DNA of 64,000 bases, from NCBI RefSeq assembly GCF_030144855.1, contig NC_082738.1, positions 23,312,001 through 23,376,000 on the forward strand, in the 5' to 3' direction. The position numbers and the translations under genes were made by a program. The notes under the pieces are model-generated. The model was not told the origin of the DNA and made no database searches. It saw nothing but the letters and a program-made list of their open reading frames with translations. The stretch comes from Hypanus sabinus. Its lineage: Eukaryota. Below are positions 37,053 through 50,645 of this stretch, in pieces (position 1 is the first letter of the stretch; every line of letters begins with the position of its first letter).

Positions 37053-37995
37053 CGGTGACGAGGTGGAGATGCGTCTCTACCAAAGGAGGTGTAAGGCGAT
37101 CCTTCCCTCTGCTGGCCTGCAGGTCAACCTTGAGGTTGTGTAGAAGGCAAATGCAATGTGGCATTCATTTCTAGAGGTATAGAATATAAAAGCAGGGATG
37201 TGATGTTGAGGTTCTTCTAGAAGGCAGTTGTGAGACCACACTTGGAGTATGTGTGCAGTTTGGGGCTCTTTATTTTAGAAAGGATTTACTGACATGGAAG
37301 AGGGTTCAAAGAAGATTCACAAGAATGATTCCAGGAATGAAAGGGTTACCATATGAAGAACGTCTGGCAGCTCTTGGGCTGTGTTCCATGAAGTTCAGGA
37401 GAATGAGGGGGGATCTCATAGAAACATTCTGAATGTTAAAAGGCCTGAACAGATTAGATATGGCAAAGTTATTTCCCATAGTAGGGGATTCTAGGACGAA
37501 GGCACAACTTCAGGATTGAAGGACATCCATTTAGAACTGAGATGCGGAGAAATTACTTCAGTCAGAGGGTGGTAAATCTGGAATTTGTTGCTATGAGTGA
37601 CAGTGAAGGCCAAGTCATTGGGTGTATTTAAGGCAAAGATAGATAGGTTCTTGATTAGCCATGAGGAGAAGGCAGGGGAGTGGGGATAACTGGAAGAATT
37701 GGATCAGCCATGATTGAATGGCAGAGCAGACTCAATGGGCCGAATGGCCTACTTCTCCTATATCTTATCGTCTTATGGTCACATGAAGGCATGGGAACAG
37801 CTCATCCATGTCATGTCCTGGTTATGCAACCATTAACGCCAGGTAGGCAATCTTTGAAGAGTATTAATAATGGCTTGGGTCACCCGTCTTGTAAAGACAC
37901 TGCCCAGAAGAAGATAATGGCAAACCACTTCATAGAAAAAAATTGTGAAGAACAATCATGGTCATGATTGCCCAAGTCATACAAGATGGCTCATG
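37053..37995 (+). mobile_element. RTE-related non-autonomous element with 11-bp TSD, itself interrupted by CR1
   Basis: ATATGGTGACA at 37042-37052 and 37996-38006. The 3' motif aatggcaaaccacttc is typical of RTE/BovB-related elements. Confidence 0.7.
37135..37780 (+). mobile_element. CR1 3' portion
   Basis: VRPHLEY, RVQRRFTRMIPGMKGLPYEERL, and tcttatcgtcttatggtc tail. Confidence 0.88.
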
Positions 37996-38499
37996 ATATG
38001 GTGACATTTCTGCACTTTGATAATAAATTTACTTTGAACTTTGTTCCTTAGTACAATAAGATGGACTCCTGACCTCACAGTCCAACTCACTATGATCTTG
38101 CACCTTATTATTTACCTGCACTGCACTTTCTCTGTTGCCCTTTATTCTGCATTGTTATTGTTTTACCTTGTTCTACCTCAATGCAGTGTGTAGTGACTTG
38201 ATCTGTATGAACAGTATGCAAAACAAGCTTTTCACTCTATCTTGGTACATGTGACAATAATAATTCAATATTAATTGCAATGCCAGCCGGACAATGGAAG
38301 GGCAGTTTTGGAGATAGATGGTGGGGAAGGAAGCAGAAAGACAAAGAAAAATGCAGGGGGATTGTTAAGATTGAAAAGACTAATGAGACTGCAGATGCTG
38401 GAATTTGGAACAAAAACACAGAATGCTGTCAGCAGGTCAAACAGCACCTACTGAGAGCAAAGGTGTTAGTTGCCATTTCAGGATTACAAAAATGTCATT

Positions 38500-38960
38500 G
38501 TGCTTTTGGTTGTTTCAATACTGTAACAGGACTAGCAACCTGAATGGAGTCATCCAAACACAGAATTGAGGGAAAGGTGTGACAGATGTGGTAGCTGCTA
38601 ACGTATTCAAGGACTTTGGCTAGGAAAGGAAGTTTGTAGACAGTATAGTAACCTATAGAGATAGTGGGGTCAAGGGAGGCAAAAGTGAGAGAATAATAGA
38701 GGCGAGCATAGGGTGGGTGTTGATGGAGAGGAGAGGGTGAGTGAGTTGGAATGTAGCTGGTTACACAAAATGACTTGGAATGAAATAAGAAAAATGTTTG
38801 TGACGGAAAAACCGGTTCAGAGGAGGAGCATTGAGGAGAAAGACCTGGTGTCCATTGTTGCTCGGCACAATGGTGGATTAGCAGCTGGCTTGCTTTACAA
38901 ATTAGAAAACTTTTCCATTCAGTCTGCCACATTTCTGCATCTGGTTTACATCAGCTGAGC
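38500..38960 (-). mobile_element. Old L2 LINE fragment
   Basis: SLDPTIS..Y....KLPFLAKVLEYV (NYRPISNLPFLSKVLE-like). Similar decayed pieces at about 34980-35620, 49400-49800 and 56300-56560. Confidence 0.5.
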
Positions 38961-39289
38961 TAGGATTCACCTTTTAAGTTGAATTGACTAAGATGAAGTC
39001 CCTGTGCTTATTTCTGCCATATGTTTTATCCCATACTGTTTTTCTTACATGCGCACACATGCACACTTCCTCAATATTTTGTGTCACCCGCCCCCACTGC
39101 CAGCCTGTCGCTTGCCCCTTCAGTCTGCTCTGGTCTCATGCCTTGCCCATTCATCAAACAGAGCTGTCAGATCTTTTATTGCCATCTAAACAAACTAATG
39201 GCGACTAGGTTTAGCAGCTTATCTAAAACAAAGTCAAGACGTCTCTCAGTTTAGCACGCACTGAACAGGAGTGTTGAGCAGGATTTATT

Positions 39290-39362
39290 TACCAAATCTC
39301 TGGGGTGAGATTTGAAGCCATGACCTTCTGATTCAGAGGCAGGGTTGTTACCTATTTAGTCA
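39290..39362 (-). mobile_element. SacSINE1-like tRNA-derived head fragment
   Basis: gagatttgaagccatgaccttctgattcagaggcag is the reverse of a tRNA-like A/B-box head. Confidence 0.55.
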
Positions 39363-39888
39363 AACAGAAGAGTTATCTCTCCATCCATAAAAATAAAAAT
39401 ATTTTATTAAAATGCTGTTGTTCAGAGCAAAGGCAAAATAAGACAATCCATTCAACCCTTCATCTCTTATCTGCCATTTGGTTACCTTATTCTTGATTTA
39501 TACTTAAACATCACTATGTACCTTTACAGCCCTTTCTTTACAAGGATCTCTCTCAGTAGTAAATGTTTCAATGAATTGATAGCATTTGTAGTTTCAAAAT
39601 GTACTTTGGTTGAAATAATACAGGCTATATGCTGCAAACAAAGTACTCAACAGTACAGCACAGGAACAGGCCTATCAACCCACCATGTCTGTGCGGACTA
39701 TTAATCCCTACTGTCTGCACGTAATTCATATCCCTTTATAACCCTGCCTGCTCGTGTGTCTGTCTTTATGCCCCTTAAACATCGTTGTCATATCTGCTTC
39801 TAGCACTTCCATTCATAGTGCATTCCAGACACCTACCACCATTCTCTGGGTTTAAAACAAATCTTACCATGTAAATCTCTTTTTAAAA

Positions 39889-39891
<3 letters not shown>

Positions 39892-39936
<45 letters not shown>

Positions 39937-39937
39937 C
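39892..39937. repeat. (CA)n microsatellite within an old minus-strand CR1 3' fragment (about 39650-40050)
   Basis: About 23 CA units with one CG interruption. Confidence 0.95.
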
Positions 39938-42102
39938 TCCCCCCCCCACCCCAACACCCTCTAGCATTTGATATTTCTACCCTAGAAGAATAACTCTATC
40001 TACTCTCATAATTTTATCGACTTCTATTAAGTCACACTTAAGCCTCCAATACTTAAGGGAATTTGTAGGCACTCCACCTTGTACGTTCTGACACTATTCA
40101 CAAGCCCTTGGATTCCATGTGTTTTTAAAGCACTTTATCTGTCCTGCCACCTTCAAAGGTTTTTGAGCATATGCTCCAGGACTTTCTGTTCTTGCTACTT
40201 GTTCCGTTACTTTATATTGTTTTTTAGATAAAATATTATACTTGTCTCTGCATTAGATTTCACTTGTGATATGCCTGCCCATTCTACCAACTATCTACAT
40301 TCTCTTTAAGCCAATTCATATCCTCCACATTGTTGTTACACTTCCAAGTATATTGTCATCTGCAGACTCAGAAATGATGCATTATATACTGAATTAATGT
40401 GCATCATGAAGTTTAATGGAATACAAGGATTGGGTTGAATCCAGTAGTGGAACAAGAAACCTCAGCACGTCCATGAGAACAGAATGAGAAGACTTGGCAG
40501 ATTTAGATGTGTGTCATTTAATCTTGCAGATTTTGGAAAGATCTTGTCAGAGATGGTATCAATTTTGAGGCTGGCCAAGGACCTGAGCGAGGGGGCTGGA
40601 ATGCTTATCACTGCTCTATCCTTTGTAAATTTTCCTGGGTTTAGCTACTACTTTCTATTTATCTGAAGGCTTAATGCATGCACTTGAACAACAAACAAAG
40701 CATCAACGGACATTAAATAAAATTACATTCTCAAGGCTCCTGGCGTTAAAGTTCAAGTACATGCTATTGTAGTTTTATGTAGTGTGTGTTCCAGGAAGGA
40801 AGATCCATATTCAGCAACTGTTGCCTCAATTACTTTAACATCAGCTGAGACAGGGATTTAAGAGGAAGGGCAAGGAACAAGGATTTCCATGTCTTGGTAC
40901 TTTAAAAAAAATTGTGGGAAATGAACACTTATAAAAACAAACTTACATTTGTCTTGCTTTATTATAGGTTAATATATTATTTTTTAAATAAATGTATTAT
41001 TTTGGTACCCTTGAACTTAATTCTAAAGTCAACACCAGTGAACTGCAAGCAAGGATGAAATATGTTTGTATGTGTTTGCCCCCTCATCTAATGGTAGCAT
41101 TATAGTAGGGCTTTTCCCCCACATGTTGCTTTGTCCCATTATCTCAGCACCAGCCTCCAGGTGCTACAACCATCCTACCTGCTGAAAGAACAGATGAGGG
41201 TTGTCAAAGCATTTGAGAGCCTTTCCCTTTCTGTGAAGTACAATGTAAGTGGAAATCCCAAATAGAGAGTAGTGTTCTTTAGAAATGAGCTGACTGGGAT
41301 TAGTGTCAAGGGGAAGTATTTTAGAGGCCTCTTTTTAAATTTAGGTTCCAGACTGAGTTTGTCGTCTGTATAAAGTGAGTTTGTTTAATTGGTGAAAATT
41401 CTTTTCTCTTTTCAGAGCTAAAAAGATTATTTAGCTATTTGCTTATGGTTTATAAAATGAGTATATGTTTTGTGACAAGTTTCTAAGCTGTTTATATTTT
41501 ATTTCTTACACTCTGGTGTTTTTTTTTACTTTCATTTATGGCTGGAACGTAGGCTTTTTTTGCACTTGAAATTTGCAGTCTCAGACATATGCTGCAGCGC
41601 CTTAAATTGCTATAAATGGAAATGGTCTACTCAACCTCAACAGTGACTGCTAAACCAGATGGCTGGGCTTCCAGGGATTAGAAAAGAACAGTCCTTCCCA
41701 ACCCCCAATATTGAATAGAGCACCAGGCTGCTAACAAAAGTATTGAGTGCCATGTTAGTTACTCAACATTTTTTGTGGTATCTTTTGTTCCTTGCTAAGA
41801 TCATTCACCTTTTGCTTTTCCTGTTCATTATTCTATCAGAGTATGTCCTAAGAACTTGACTCTCTGCACCTCTTAGTCAGTAAAGTATCATGGATTAAAA
41901 TCCTGTAGCTTCTCATTTATTTAAATCATTCCATTTTGTATGTATTAATTATTATAGATGTTTGCATTGAAATCCTTCTGATATTTATGTTTTTAGAGGG
42001 AGATAGCCCATTTGAAACTTCAGAGAGTCACTGACAGGTATGTCACGGAGAGGGCATTCAGCCTATCAGATTTTATTCAGAGCAATCCTTTCTCTCACCC
42101 TC

Positions 42103-42280
42103 AAAAAGCTGGTGGAATGCAGCAGGCCAGGCAGCATCTATAGGAAGAAGTAAAGTCAACGTTTCGGGCTGAGACATCGACTGTACTTCTCCCTAAAGAT
42201 GTTGCCTGGCCTGCTGTGTTCCACCAGCTTTTTGTGTGTGTTGCTTGTATTTCCAGCATCTGCAGATTTCCTCGTGTTTA
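42103..42280. repeat. Fold-back pair of Penelope terminal repeats (63-bp arms, 5-nt loop)
   Basis: 42103-42165 versus the reverse complement of 42171-42233: 54/63 identical by hand count. Confidence 0.9.
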
Positions 42281-42924
42281 CACTTTCTCTTGCCCTTCCT
42301 GCTTTCTTCTTGCATCCCACATTTATTCCCTTGGAGTAATTATTCATTTTTGGTGCTACTATTGAACCCCAAGCAGGTGTCATGTTCCAAATCCTTGCCA
42401 CTTTGTTTTAAAAATAAGTTTTTCATTGTGCCCCCTCTTTTTCTTTGCCAATCACCTTGTACTTGTCTCAAAAGCTGTCCAGATACGCAAGTGGATAAGA
42501 GATGTTTAGAGGGCAATGCTAAATGCAGACAGCTTGCTGGGAAACGTAGACAGTGTGGACAAATTGGGCTGAAGGGACTGTTTCTGGACTGTATGTTCGT
42601 AAGACCTCAAATCTGTTCCCTCCTATTATTAGCCCTAACATGGTTTTTACTGGGAACACTTCCTCTGCTTTTAATCTAAATCCTTTGTTTATAAGTACGT
42701 GCAACAAACCTTTTTGCCTTCTCTGATTTAAAGAGACTTGCGCCAGCTTCTTGAGTCTGTCCACGTGATTGTAATCTCGTGGAACTGTGCATTAAGTCTC
42801 TTCTGTACACCCCCATGTCCTTCCTAATATGTGATGGGTTGAATTAAACAAGCTACTCCAGTTGGGATGGGATTAGTGTTAGTTAATAGTGTCATGTGAA
42901 CCCCACCGCTATATACTGTCAGAC

Positions 42925-43460
42925 AACACGAGTGAATCTGCAGATGCTGGAAATAAATAAAAAACTCAAGATGCTGGCAGAACTCAGCAGGCCAGACAGC
43001 ATATATGGGAGGAGGTAATAACAACGTTTTGGGCCGAAACCTTTCATCAGGAGTGAAGTAACATGGGATGGTCGAGGGGGGATAAGAAGTGGGGGGAGGG
43101 TTAAAGTAGAGAGCTGGGAAGTGATAGGCTGGAGAGAAATGGGCTAGGGGGAAGGTGGAGAATTATGGGAAATAAAAGAGAAAGAAAGGTAGGGCTGAGG
43201 GGAGAGATTATAGTGAGGAGGGAAAAGAGAGAGAAAGAGAACCCGACTAAAATAATAGACAGGGATGGGGGTAAAGGTGGAGGGCAGGGGTATCAACGGA
43301 GGTCAGTGAGTTGGATGTTCATGCCGGCAGGAAGGAGGCTACCTAGGCGGGAGATAAGGTATTGCTCCATTGACCTGCGTGTGGCCTCATCTTGACGGTA
43401 GAGGAGGCCATGGACAGACATGTGGGAGTGGTCTGTGGAATTGAAGTGTGTGGCCACAGG
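42925..43460 (-). mobile_element. Penelope 3' end (GIY-YIG C-terminus, UTR, terminal repeat with hammerhead at 43021-43055)
   Basis: Minus-strand translation DEATRRSMEQYLISRLGSLLPAGMNIQL; cuccugaugaaagguuucggcccaaaacguug. Confidence 0.85.
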
Positions 43461-46400
43461 TGTTTTTACGTATTTGGTTGTGTTAACATGTACTTTTCTG
43501 TCTTAATTCTCATATGATTAGTGCATCTCTCCATACTGTCTCTATGTCAATTGCTACTCAGAACCTGGAAGAGTGAGAATGCAGTATTCCTTCTGGTTTA
43601 TCTGTTGTAACGATAAGGCAGCATAACTTGTCCAATTTGTTTTATTTACATTTAAATCTGCAACTTCAGACCATTGTCTGATTAAAAAGGTATTTGCTGA
43701 GCTTCTGTGTTTCATTAGTCCTTCAAGTATGGTGAATTAAGTTCAGGTTACTTGCTGTTGATTGAGTCTGTCATTTCCCAGGTCTTGCTGCATCTGGTTT
43801 CTTGGCCTTACTTTATTTGTTCTTCAGAAACTGAATTATTCCTTCCTGACCTATGAACTGCAAGTGGGCTTTGATGAGTTAGCCAATCTCTGTACGTGTT
43901 GGTTAATATAGATGAGTGAATCATTTTGTTTCTAGCCATAAACATGCAAACTTCCATTGCAATATGGTGTTCTTCTGTGGAAAGTCGTGAACTGGTGCAT
44001 ATGAGAAGCATCAGTAACAAAGGGGGCACAGATCTAAGATAATAGGTTGAAAGATTGCAGGGGACTTGAAAAATATCTAAACTCAGAGTGGTGATACCCT
44101 GGAACCTGCTGCCTCAGAGTGGCAGGCTTGGAAACCCACACCACATTTAAGTAGTGTCTGGATAAGAATGGAGGGGTTGTACCCTGCAGAGTCACAAACA
44201 GAGAGCTGAGACAGGATTAATCTGTCATTCGAAGCCAAATGACTTCCTAAACTAAATGTTTCTTATTTAAAAGACTCTTAAATTTTAAATCTTTCTGTAA
44301 GTTTTTAATTGTGCTTCTTGGTGTGCTGTCTGAGAATTTGGCGCAATTGGCTGCTCAGCCTACTTGATGACATCACAGCTGCTAGATGTCACAGAACTGA
44401 TTCCTGACAACAGTTGTCAAATCTTCATGGGTAGCTTTTTTTCCAAGATCAGCAGCAAGCTCTCACTTTACTAACTGACTGCAAAATCCAGGTCAAAGGG
44501 TGCTTACTAAATAAAAAATGTCTGTAATCCATTTATAATAAACATTAAATATAAAACTGTATGGTGGATGGAATGAATTTACCATTGTTACAGTCTGTAA
44601 CGTTATGGAAGTTCCACGTATGTTCTCTCCCCAAGTGTCTGCAGCCAAAATAAGGATGCCCAAGAATATAGAGGGCTATGGGTAACCCTAGGTAATTTCT
44701 AAAGTAAGGACATGTCCGGCACAGCTTTTTGGGCCAAAGGGCCTGTATTGTGTGTAGGTTTTCTAAGAAGCTGGCATAGACAATTTATGGATTTGAACTT
44801 TTGCCCAAGTAATGTATGGTCAACCTTGGGGTTTAAAACTTCATGATTGTTTGAAAGCATGTATCTAATTTGCTTTTCTGTATAACCTAATTGGCACTAT
44901 TTATAAGAGTATTATGTTTTAACTGCTGTGTACTGTTGAAATCTAGATTCCTGTAACCGCTTTAACTAGGGTCTATAATTTAGCACCTGAATGTTTGCTT
45001 GAAGAAGGTTATTACATGGGCCAAATCTTGCTGGTAAGTGCCAGCCAGCAGTTCTGCAGTGAACTTTTGATGTTCATGGACTTAACCGCAAGCAAGTTTG
45101 GAACTTAACGTGTGTCTGAATGTGCAAGTTCCAAATTTGCTGAGAGATCCTTCACAGGGAATTGAAGAGTTTGCTTTCTGCTGGGTTCCACCCGATTCAG
45201 AATCTACAAATCTATTCAATCCAATTAAATGTTATATCTGTGAAGAAGAAAGAGATTGCATTTTTAAAAATTCTTTGTATAAATCTGCAGTGGTTATCTT
45301 TTGTCTGTAATTTTCAATTTAAAATTTTTGAAACTGTTAGATGCTTCTGAATGTAAAGGATATTGGGAAGCGTTCCCAAATTTGGATTGGCTGACTGGTG
45401 GGGAATGTGAAAGCATAGCTTTGCTGGTTGGCCAAGTCTTTCTGAGCAGTTTTGTGAGGATGGATTGTTGGCCTGGTCACATGATCTGGTGAGCCTGCAC
45501 AAGGCTTTGGCATTGTGCAGAGCTTTGCCAGTAAAGCCCTAGACATGCTTGGCTAGTTATGGACCCGAACCAGGAAAGTGTAGGGCAGTAGGGTTTCCAT
45601 GCAGTGTGTATGGATGAAATTTGACAAAATTCAAGCCCTCGTTCCTCAAGTGCTTTAGTGATTTGGCACCATGCAAGCAGGCTATGAACTGCCGGCTAGG
45701 ATTGGCATTGGTGAGTGGAAAATTCAGCTATAATTTCTGCTGTTGATGACTGACAGCTATTCGGAACTAAAGTTTACATTTTATATCATCATGAGACATC
45801 AACGGATATTGAAGAGTTTGTTTCAAACTTTGATCTCAGAAAAGCAGTGCAAAGTAAAATGAATGAAGAATGAGGCGACGTATGTCTTTAGTTAGCAGCA
45901 CTCAGTCCGTGCAAATCTCAGCCAACAATTGTATCTCATTCTGCAAATTTCATCCATTGAATTTAATGGAGCTGAACACAAGTGTGTGTGCGCGCACCAC
46001 TGCTAAGTGAAAACAAATTCCTCACTTGCATCAAGGAACTCTGTAAACTGATGTCAATGACAGTTGAGGAGCAGAGTGTTCCCTTAATCACATGTTAGGG
46101 GAACACTGTCTGCTAGCTGTTATAGCATTAAGGAAAATGACTGTGCTTGTTGGAGGCCAAATTATCTTACTCCCCGGGGCTAATTGCAGAAGTTTTTTTG
46201 AGCAGCATCCCTAGTCCCAATCTGCCTTCAGTTTTATCAGTATTTTTTTCTCCATCATTTGGTCAGAAGTGAGGATTCCTGCTCTTCAGTGCACAGTGTT
46301 GAATTCCATTAGCAGCTCCTCAGTTAAAGTAGTCCGTGTCGGAGGGTAGTGAAACAAGGACAACATTCAAACGTGGTAAGTAACACTGAAGACATGTACA

Positions 46401-46631
46401 GTAATTGTCAGATAGTGACCATCTCCAGCATGAAAGTCTAACCATCTCCATGTGTTCTTGTATTCTAAGACAAAGCAATGGGGAAACAGACTGAAGTGCT
46501 GAAAGCTGCTGGAGCTTTGAGATATTCTGAATCCCAGTCTAACTTATAGTATAATGCTGTGCGCATTTTTTAAAATTTAAAAATGTGGATGAACAGCAAA
46601 ACAATTAATGTAGGCCATGAGTGAAATTGAA

Positions 46632-49234
46632 AGGACAATGTTACGGGAAGTAGAGGTGGTGGAGTATGCCTCATGATCAACTCTTCTTGGTTCGCAAATG
46701 TATCAGTGCTGTCCCAATTCTGCTCACCAGACCTGGAATATCTAGCAGTAAAGTGCCGTCCTTTTTTACCAACCATGGGAGTTCTCTGGGGTAATTTTGG
46801 TAGCAGTAAACATTCCACCTCAGATCAACATCAATCAAGCTTTAGATGATCTGAGCAATGGAATCAACACGCACGAAACAGCACACCCAAACGCCTTCAC
46901 CATTGTTTTGGGAGATTTTAACCAGGCCAGTCTGAAAAAATCGCTAAGCAATTACCATCAACAGATCACTTGCAATACCAGAGGAAACAACACACTGGAC
47001 CCTTGCTACACCACCATCAAGAATGCCTATCGTGCTGTTCCACGCCCTCAATTCGGGAAGTCTGATCACCTGGCTGTACTTCTACTCCCTGAGTATAGGC
47101 AGAGACTGAAGACTGCAGCACCAGCAGTGAGGACCAAGATATGGACAAGGGAAGCACAGGAGCGCCTACAGGACTGCTTTGAATCAGTGGACTGGACTGT
47201 ATTCAGGGATTCATCTTCAAACCTGGATGAGTATGCTGCAGTTGTTACTGACTTCATTAAAACCTGTGTGGATGAGTGTGTGCCTACAAAGACTTACTGC
47301 ACATTCCCAAATCAAAAGTCGTGGATGAACCAAGAGGTACATCGTCTGCTGAAGACTAGATCTGTGGCATTCAAGTCTGGTGATCCAGGCCTGTACCAGA
47401 AAACCAGGTATGATCTCCGGAGGGCTATTTCAAGGGCGAAGAGACAATTTTGACTGAGGTTGGAGGAGACATCTGATGCATGACAACTTTGGCAGGGTTT
47501 GCAAGACATTACGTCCCACAAAGCGAAACCCAATAGCATGAATGGCAGCGATGCTTCACTACCAGATGAACTCAATGCCTTCTATGCATGCTTTGAAAGG
47601 GAGACACAACTATAGCTGTGAAGATCCTTGCTGCACTTGATGACCCTGTGATCTCTGTCTCAGAGGCTGATGTTAAACTATCTTTAAAGAGTGAACCCTC
47701 ACAAGGCGGAAGGTCCTGATGGAGTACCTGGTAAGGCTCTGAAAACCTGTGCCAACCAACTGGTGGGAGTATTCAAGGACATTTTCAACCTCTCACTGCC
47801 ACGGGCAAAAGTTCCCACTTGCTTCAAAAAGGCAACAATTATACCAGTGCCTAAGAAGAATAATCTGGGCTTCCTTAATGACTATCACCCAGTAGCATTC
47901 ACATCTACAGTGATGAAATGCTTTGAGAGGTTGGTCATGACTAGACTGAACTCCTGCCTCAGCAAGGACCTGGACCCACTGCAATTTGCCTATCGCCACA
48001 ATAGGTCAACGGCAGATGCAATCTCAGTGGCTCTCCACATGGCTTTAGCCCACCTGGACAACACAAACACCTTCATCGGGATGCTGTTCATCGACTATAG
48101 CTCAGCATTTAACACCACCATTCCTACAACCCTGATTGAGAAGTTGCAGAACCCAGGCCTCTGTACCTCCCTCTGCAATTGGATCCTCAACTTCCGAACC
48201 GGAAGACCACACTCTGTGCAGATTGGTGATAACGTATCCTCCTCACTGACAATCAACACTGGCACACCTCAGGAGTGTGTGCTTAGCCCACTGCTTTACT
48301 CTCTATATACACATGACTGCGTGGCTAGGGATAGCTCAAATACCATCTATAAATTTACCATGATACAACCATTGTTGGTAGAATCTCAGGTGGTGACGAG
48401 AGGACGTGCAGGAGTGAGATTGCCAACTAGTGGAATGGTGCCTAGCACTCAACGTCAGTGAGACGAAAGAGCTGATTGTGGACTTCAGGAAGGGTAAGAC
48501 AAAGGAACACATACCAATCCTCATAGAGGGATCAGAAAAGGAGAGAGTGAGCAGTTTCAAGTTCCTGGGTGTCAAGAACTATGAGGACCTATCCTGGTCC
48601 CAACATATTGATGCAGTTATAAAGAAGGCAAGACAGCAGCTGTACTTCATTAGGAGTTTGAAGAGATTTGGTATGTCAACAAATACACTCAAAACTTCTA
48701 TAGATGTACTGTAGAGAGCATTCTGACAGGCTGCATCACTGTCTGGTATGGAGGTGTTGCTGCACAGGACTGAAAGAAGCTGCAGAAGGTTGTAAATCTA
48801 GTCAGCTCCATCTTGGGCATGAGCCTACAAAGTACCCAGGACATCTTCAGGGAGCAGTGTCTCAGAAAGGCAGCGTCCATTATTAAGGACCCCCAGCACC
48901 CAGGGCATGCCCTTTTCTCACTGTTACCATCAGGTAGGAGATACAGAAGCCTGAAGGCACACACTCAGCGATTCAGGAACAGCTTCTTCTCCTCTGCCAT
49001 CTGATTCCTAAATGGACATTGAATCTTTGAACACTAGCTCACATTTTTTAATATACAGTATTTCTGCTTTTTGCATAATTTTAATCTATTCAATATACAT
49101 ATACTGTATAAAGTATACTGAATAAGATTTACTTATTTTTTTCTCTCTGCTAGATTATGTATTGCAATGAACTGTTACTGCTAAGTTAACAAGTTTCACG
49201 TCACATGCCAGTGATAATAAACCTGATTCTGATT
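46632..49234 (+). mobile_element. Rex1/Rex-Babar LINE, 5'-truncated, endonuclease + RT with stops and frameshifts
   Basis: [82 protein letters not shown]; AATAAA + cctgattctgatt tail. Confidence 0.93.
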
Positions 49235-50645
49235 AAAGCTGAACTGAAGATTTCTTTATTTAAAAAAAATGCTTGAACATTGCAGAAGGGAGAAAAGAGT
49301 GAGGGACAAGGAGACTTCTTTCCTTTGAAACTTTCAGAAGGAATGTGTACAGAAAGAAAATTGAATCACAAGGAAGGTTGCAATGGAAGCTGCTCACATG
49401 AGGGAAGAGAGGGAAACTGTTGTTAACTTGTTACTTCATGAGCACCAAGGGTAAAAGAGCATTCATGGATGGGAGCAGTATCCTAACTTTGGGAAGTGGT
49501 TGAGCTTTAGAGAATTAGTTCTTTTGGGGAAAGTGAGAGCTTTGGCTGAACAAGAAGTTAAAAGTTGTTGAAGGCACTTTTGGTAATGAAAGATATGGGA
49601 GTTGCATTTAAGATCAATGATGTTGATGAAGGGTGGGGTTTCAAAGGTAAGGAGTAGGAGATGCTGTCAGACAGAGTGACATGAAAAATACGCGTCTTTG
49701 AAGAATCTGAATAACTTTGTTCCGTTGGAGGATCTGGAGGTCTTTGTGATATTACTGAATGGCTACTAGACCTTGGATAATGACTTTTTGATGTGTGCTT
49801 TACAGTATGTTGTAATACACTTGCTGTTTGTGCTTTTAGATTATCTTGAAAGCGTATTTACAATAGCTTTGTGCCAAAGGGTATTTAACAGACACAACAC
49901 AGTCCAGTACAGGAGACACTTCGGAACCAGCATGGTTCAACATAAGTGCTGCCTGGAATGTTCCAAATTCTTTAATAGTGATATGTTATTTTAGAATAAT
50001 ACTAAGCCCCTCATTAGAATGTGCAAAATGTTCACTTCCCACTGGCCTTGATATAATATATGGGTGAAGTCTGGATCAGATAAAGGACTTTTGCAGTCAT
50101 TTAGTGGTAAGGAGTTGCACCTCACCACTTGTGTACTGGAAAAATGGTCCATTCATGGCAATCAGTTGAAGTTAATGATGGTATTGAACCAAAGGCGAAA
50201 CTGGAGGCAAGCCTGAGAATTGCAAAGAGTCCCACAAATCAGCAATAAAAGCCAAGAAATTGCTGGAATCAATCATTGAGGAAGTGGTAACAGGGCACTC
50301 AATAATATGAAAGGAAAGAAAATTGCATTTGACAAATCTGTTAAAAGTTTTTGAGCTTGTAAGCAAAATAGATCAGGGAGAGTCATTTGGTGCATTTAGA
50401 TTTTTATAAAGCCTTTGACAAGATGGCACTCAAGGTTAGTAAATAAAATTAAACTGCAAAGTATTAAGGGTAATAATATACTAGTGTAGGTTAAGGATTG
50501 GTTAACAGACAATAAATAGTAGTACTAAATAGGTCATTGTTGGATTGGGAGGTTGTGACTTGTGGGGTACCACAGCCACGTGTGCTGAGGCTGCAGCTGT
50601 GCAAAATCAGTACGAATTACTTAGATGATAGAATCAAATGTAATA

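Larger units (their letters stand above)
36235..38043 (+). mobile_element. Rex-Babar 3' portion whose tail is split by an RTE-type SINE
   Basis: VETILIVCITTWYG..LQKVVDTAQSITG. The tail resumes at 38007 with gataataaatttactttgaactttg. Confidence 0.8.

Noticed and set aside
39290-39362. tRNA gene
   Set aside because: It cannot form a full cloverleaf and is a decayed SINE head.
41831-41860. cctaagaac as a possible next SPRYD3 exon (PKN)
   Set aside because: The flanking sequence does not encode DY or RHPGW.
42236-42679. 147-aa ORF, and the many other 60-150 aa ORFs in the track
   Set aside because: They start within or lie antisense to repeats, have biased composition and show no homology I recognise; consistent with chance.
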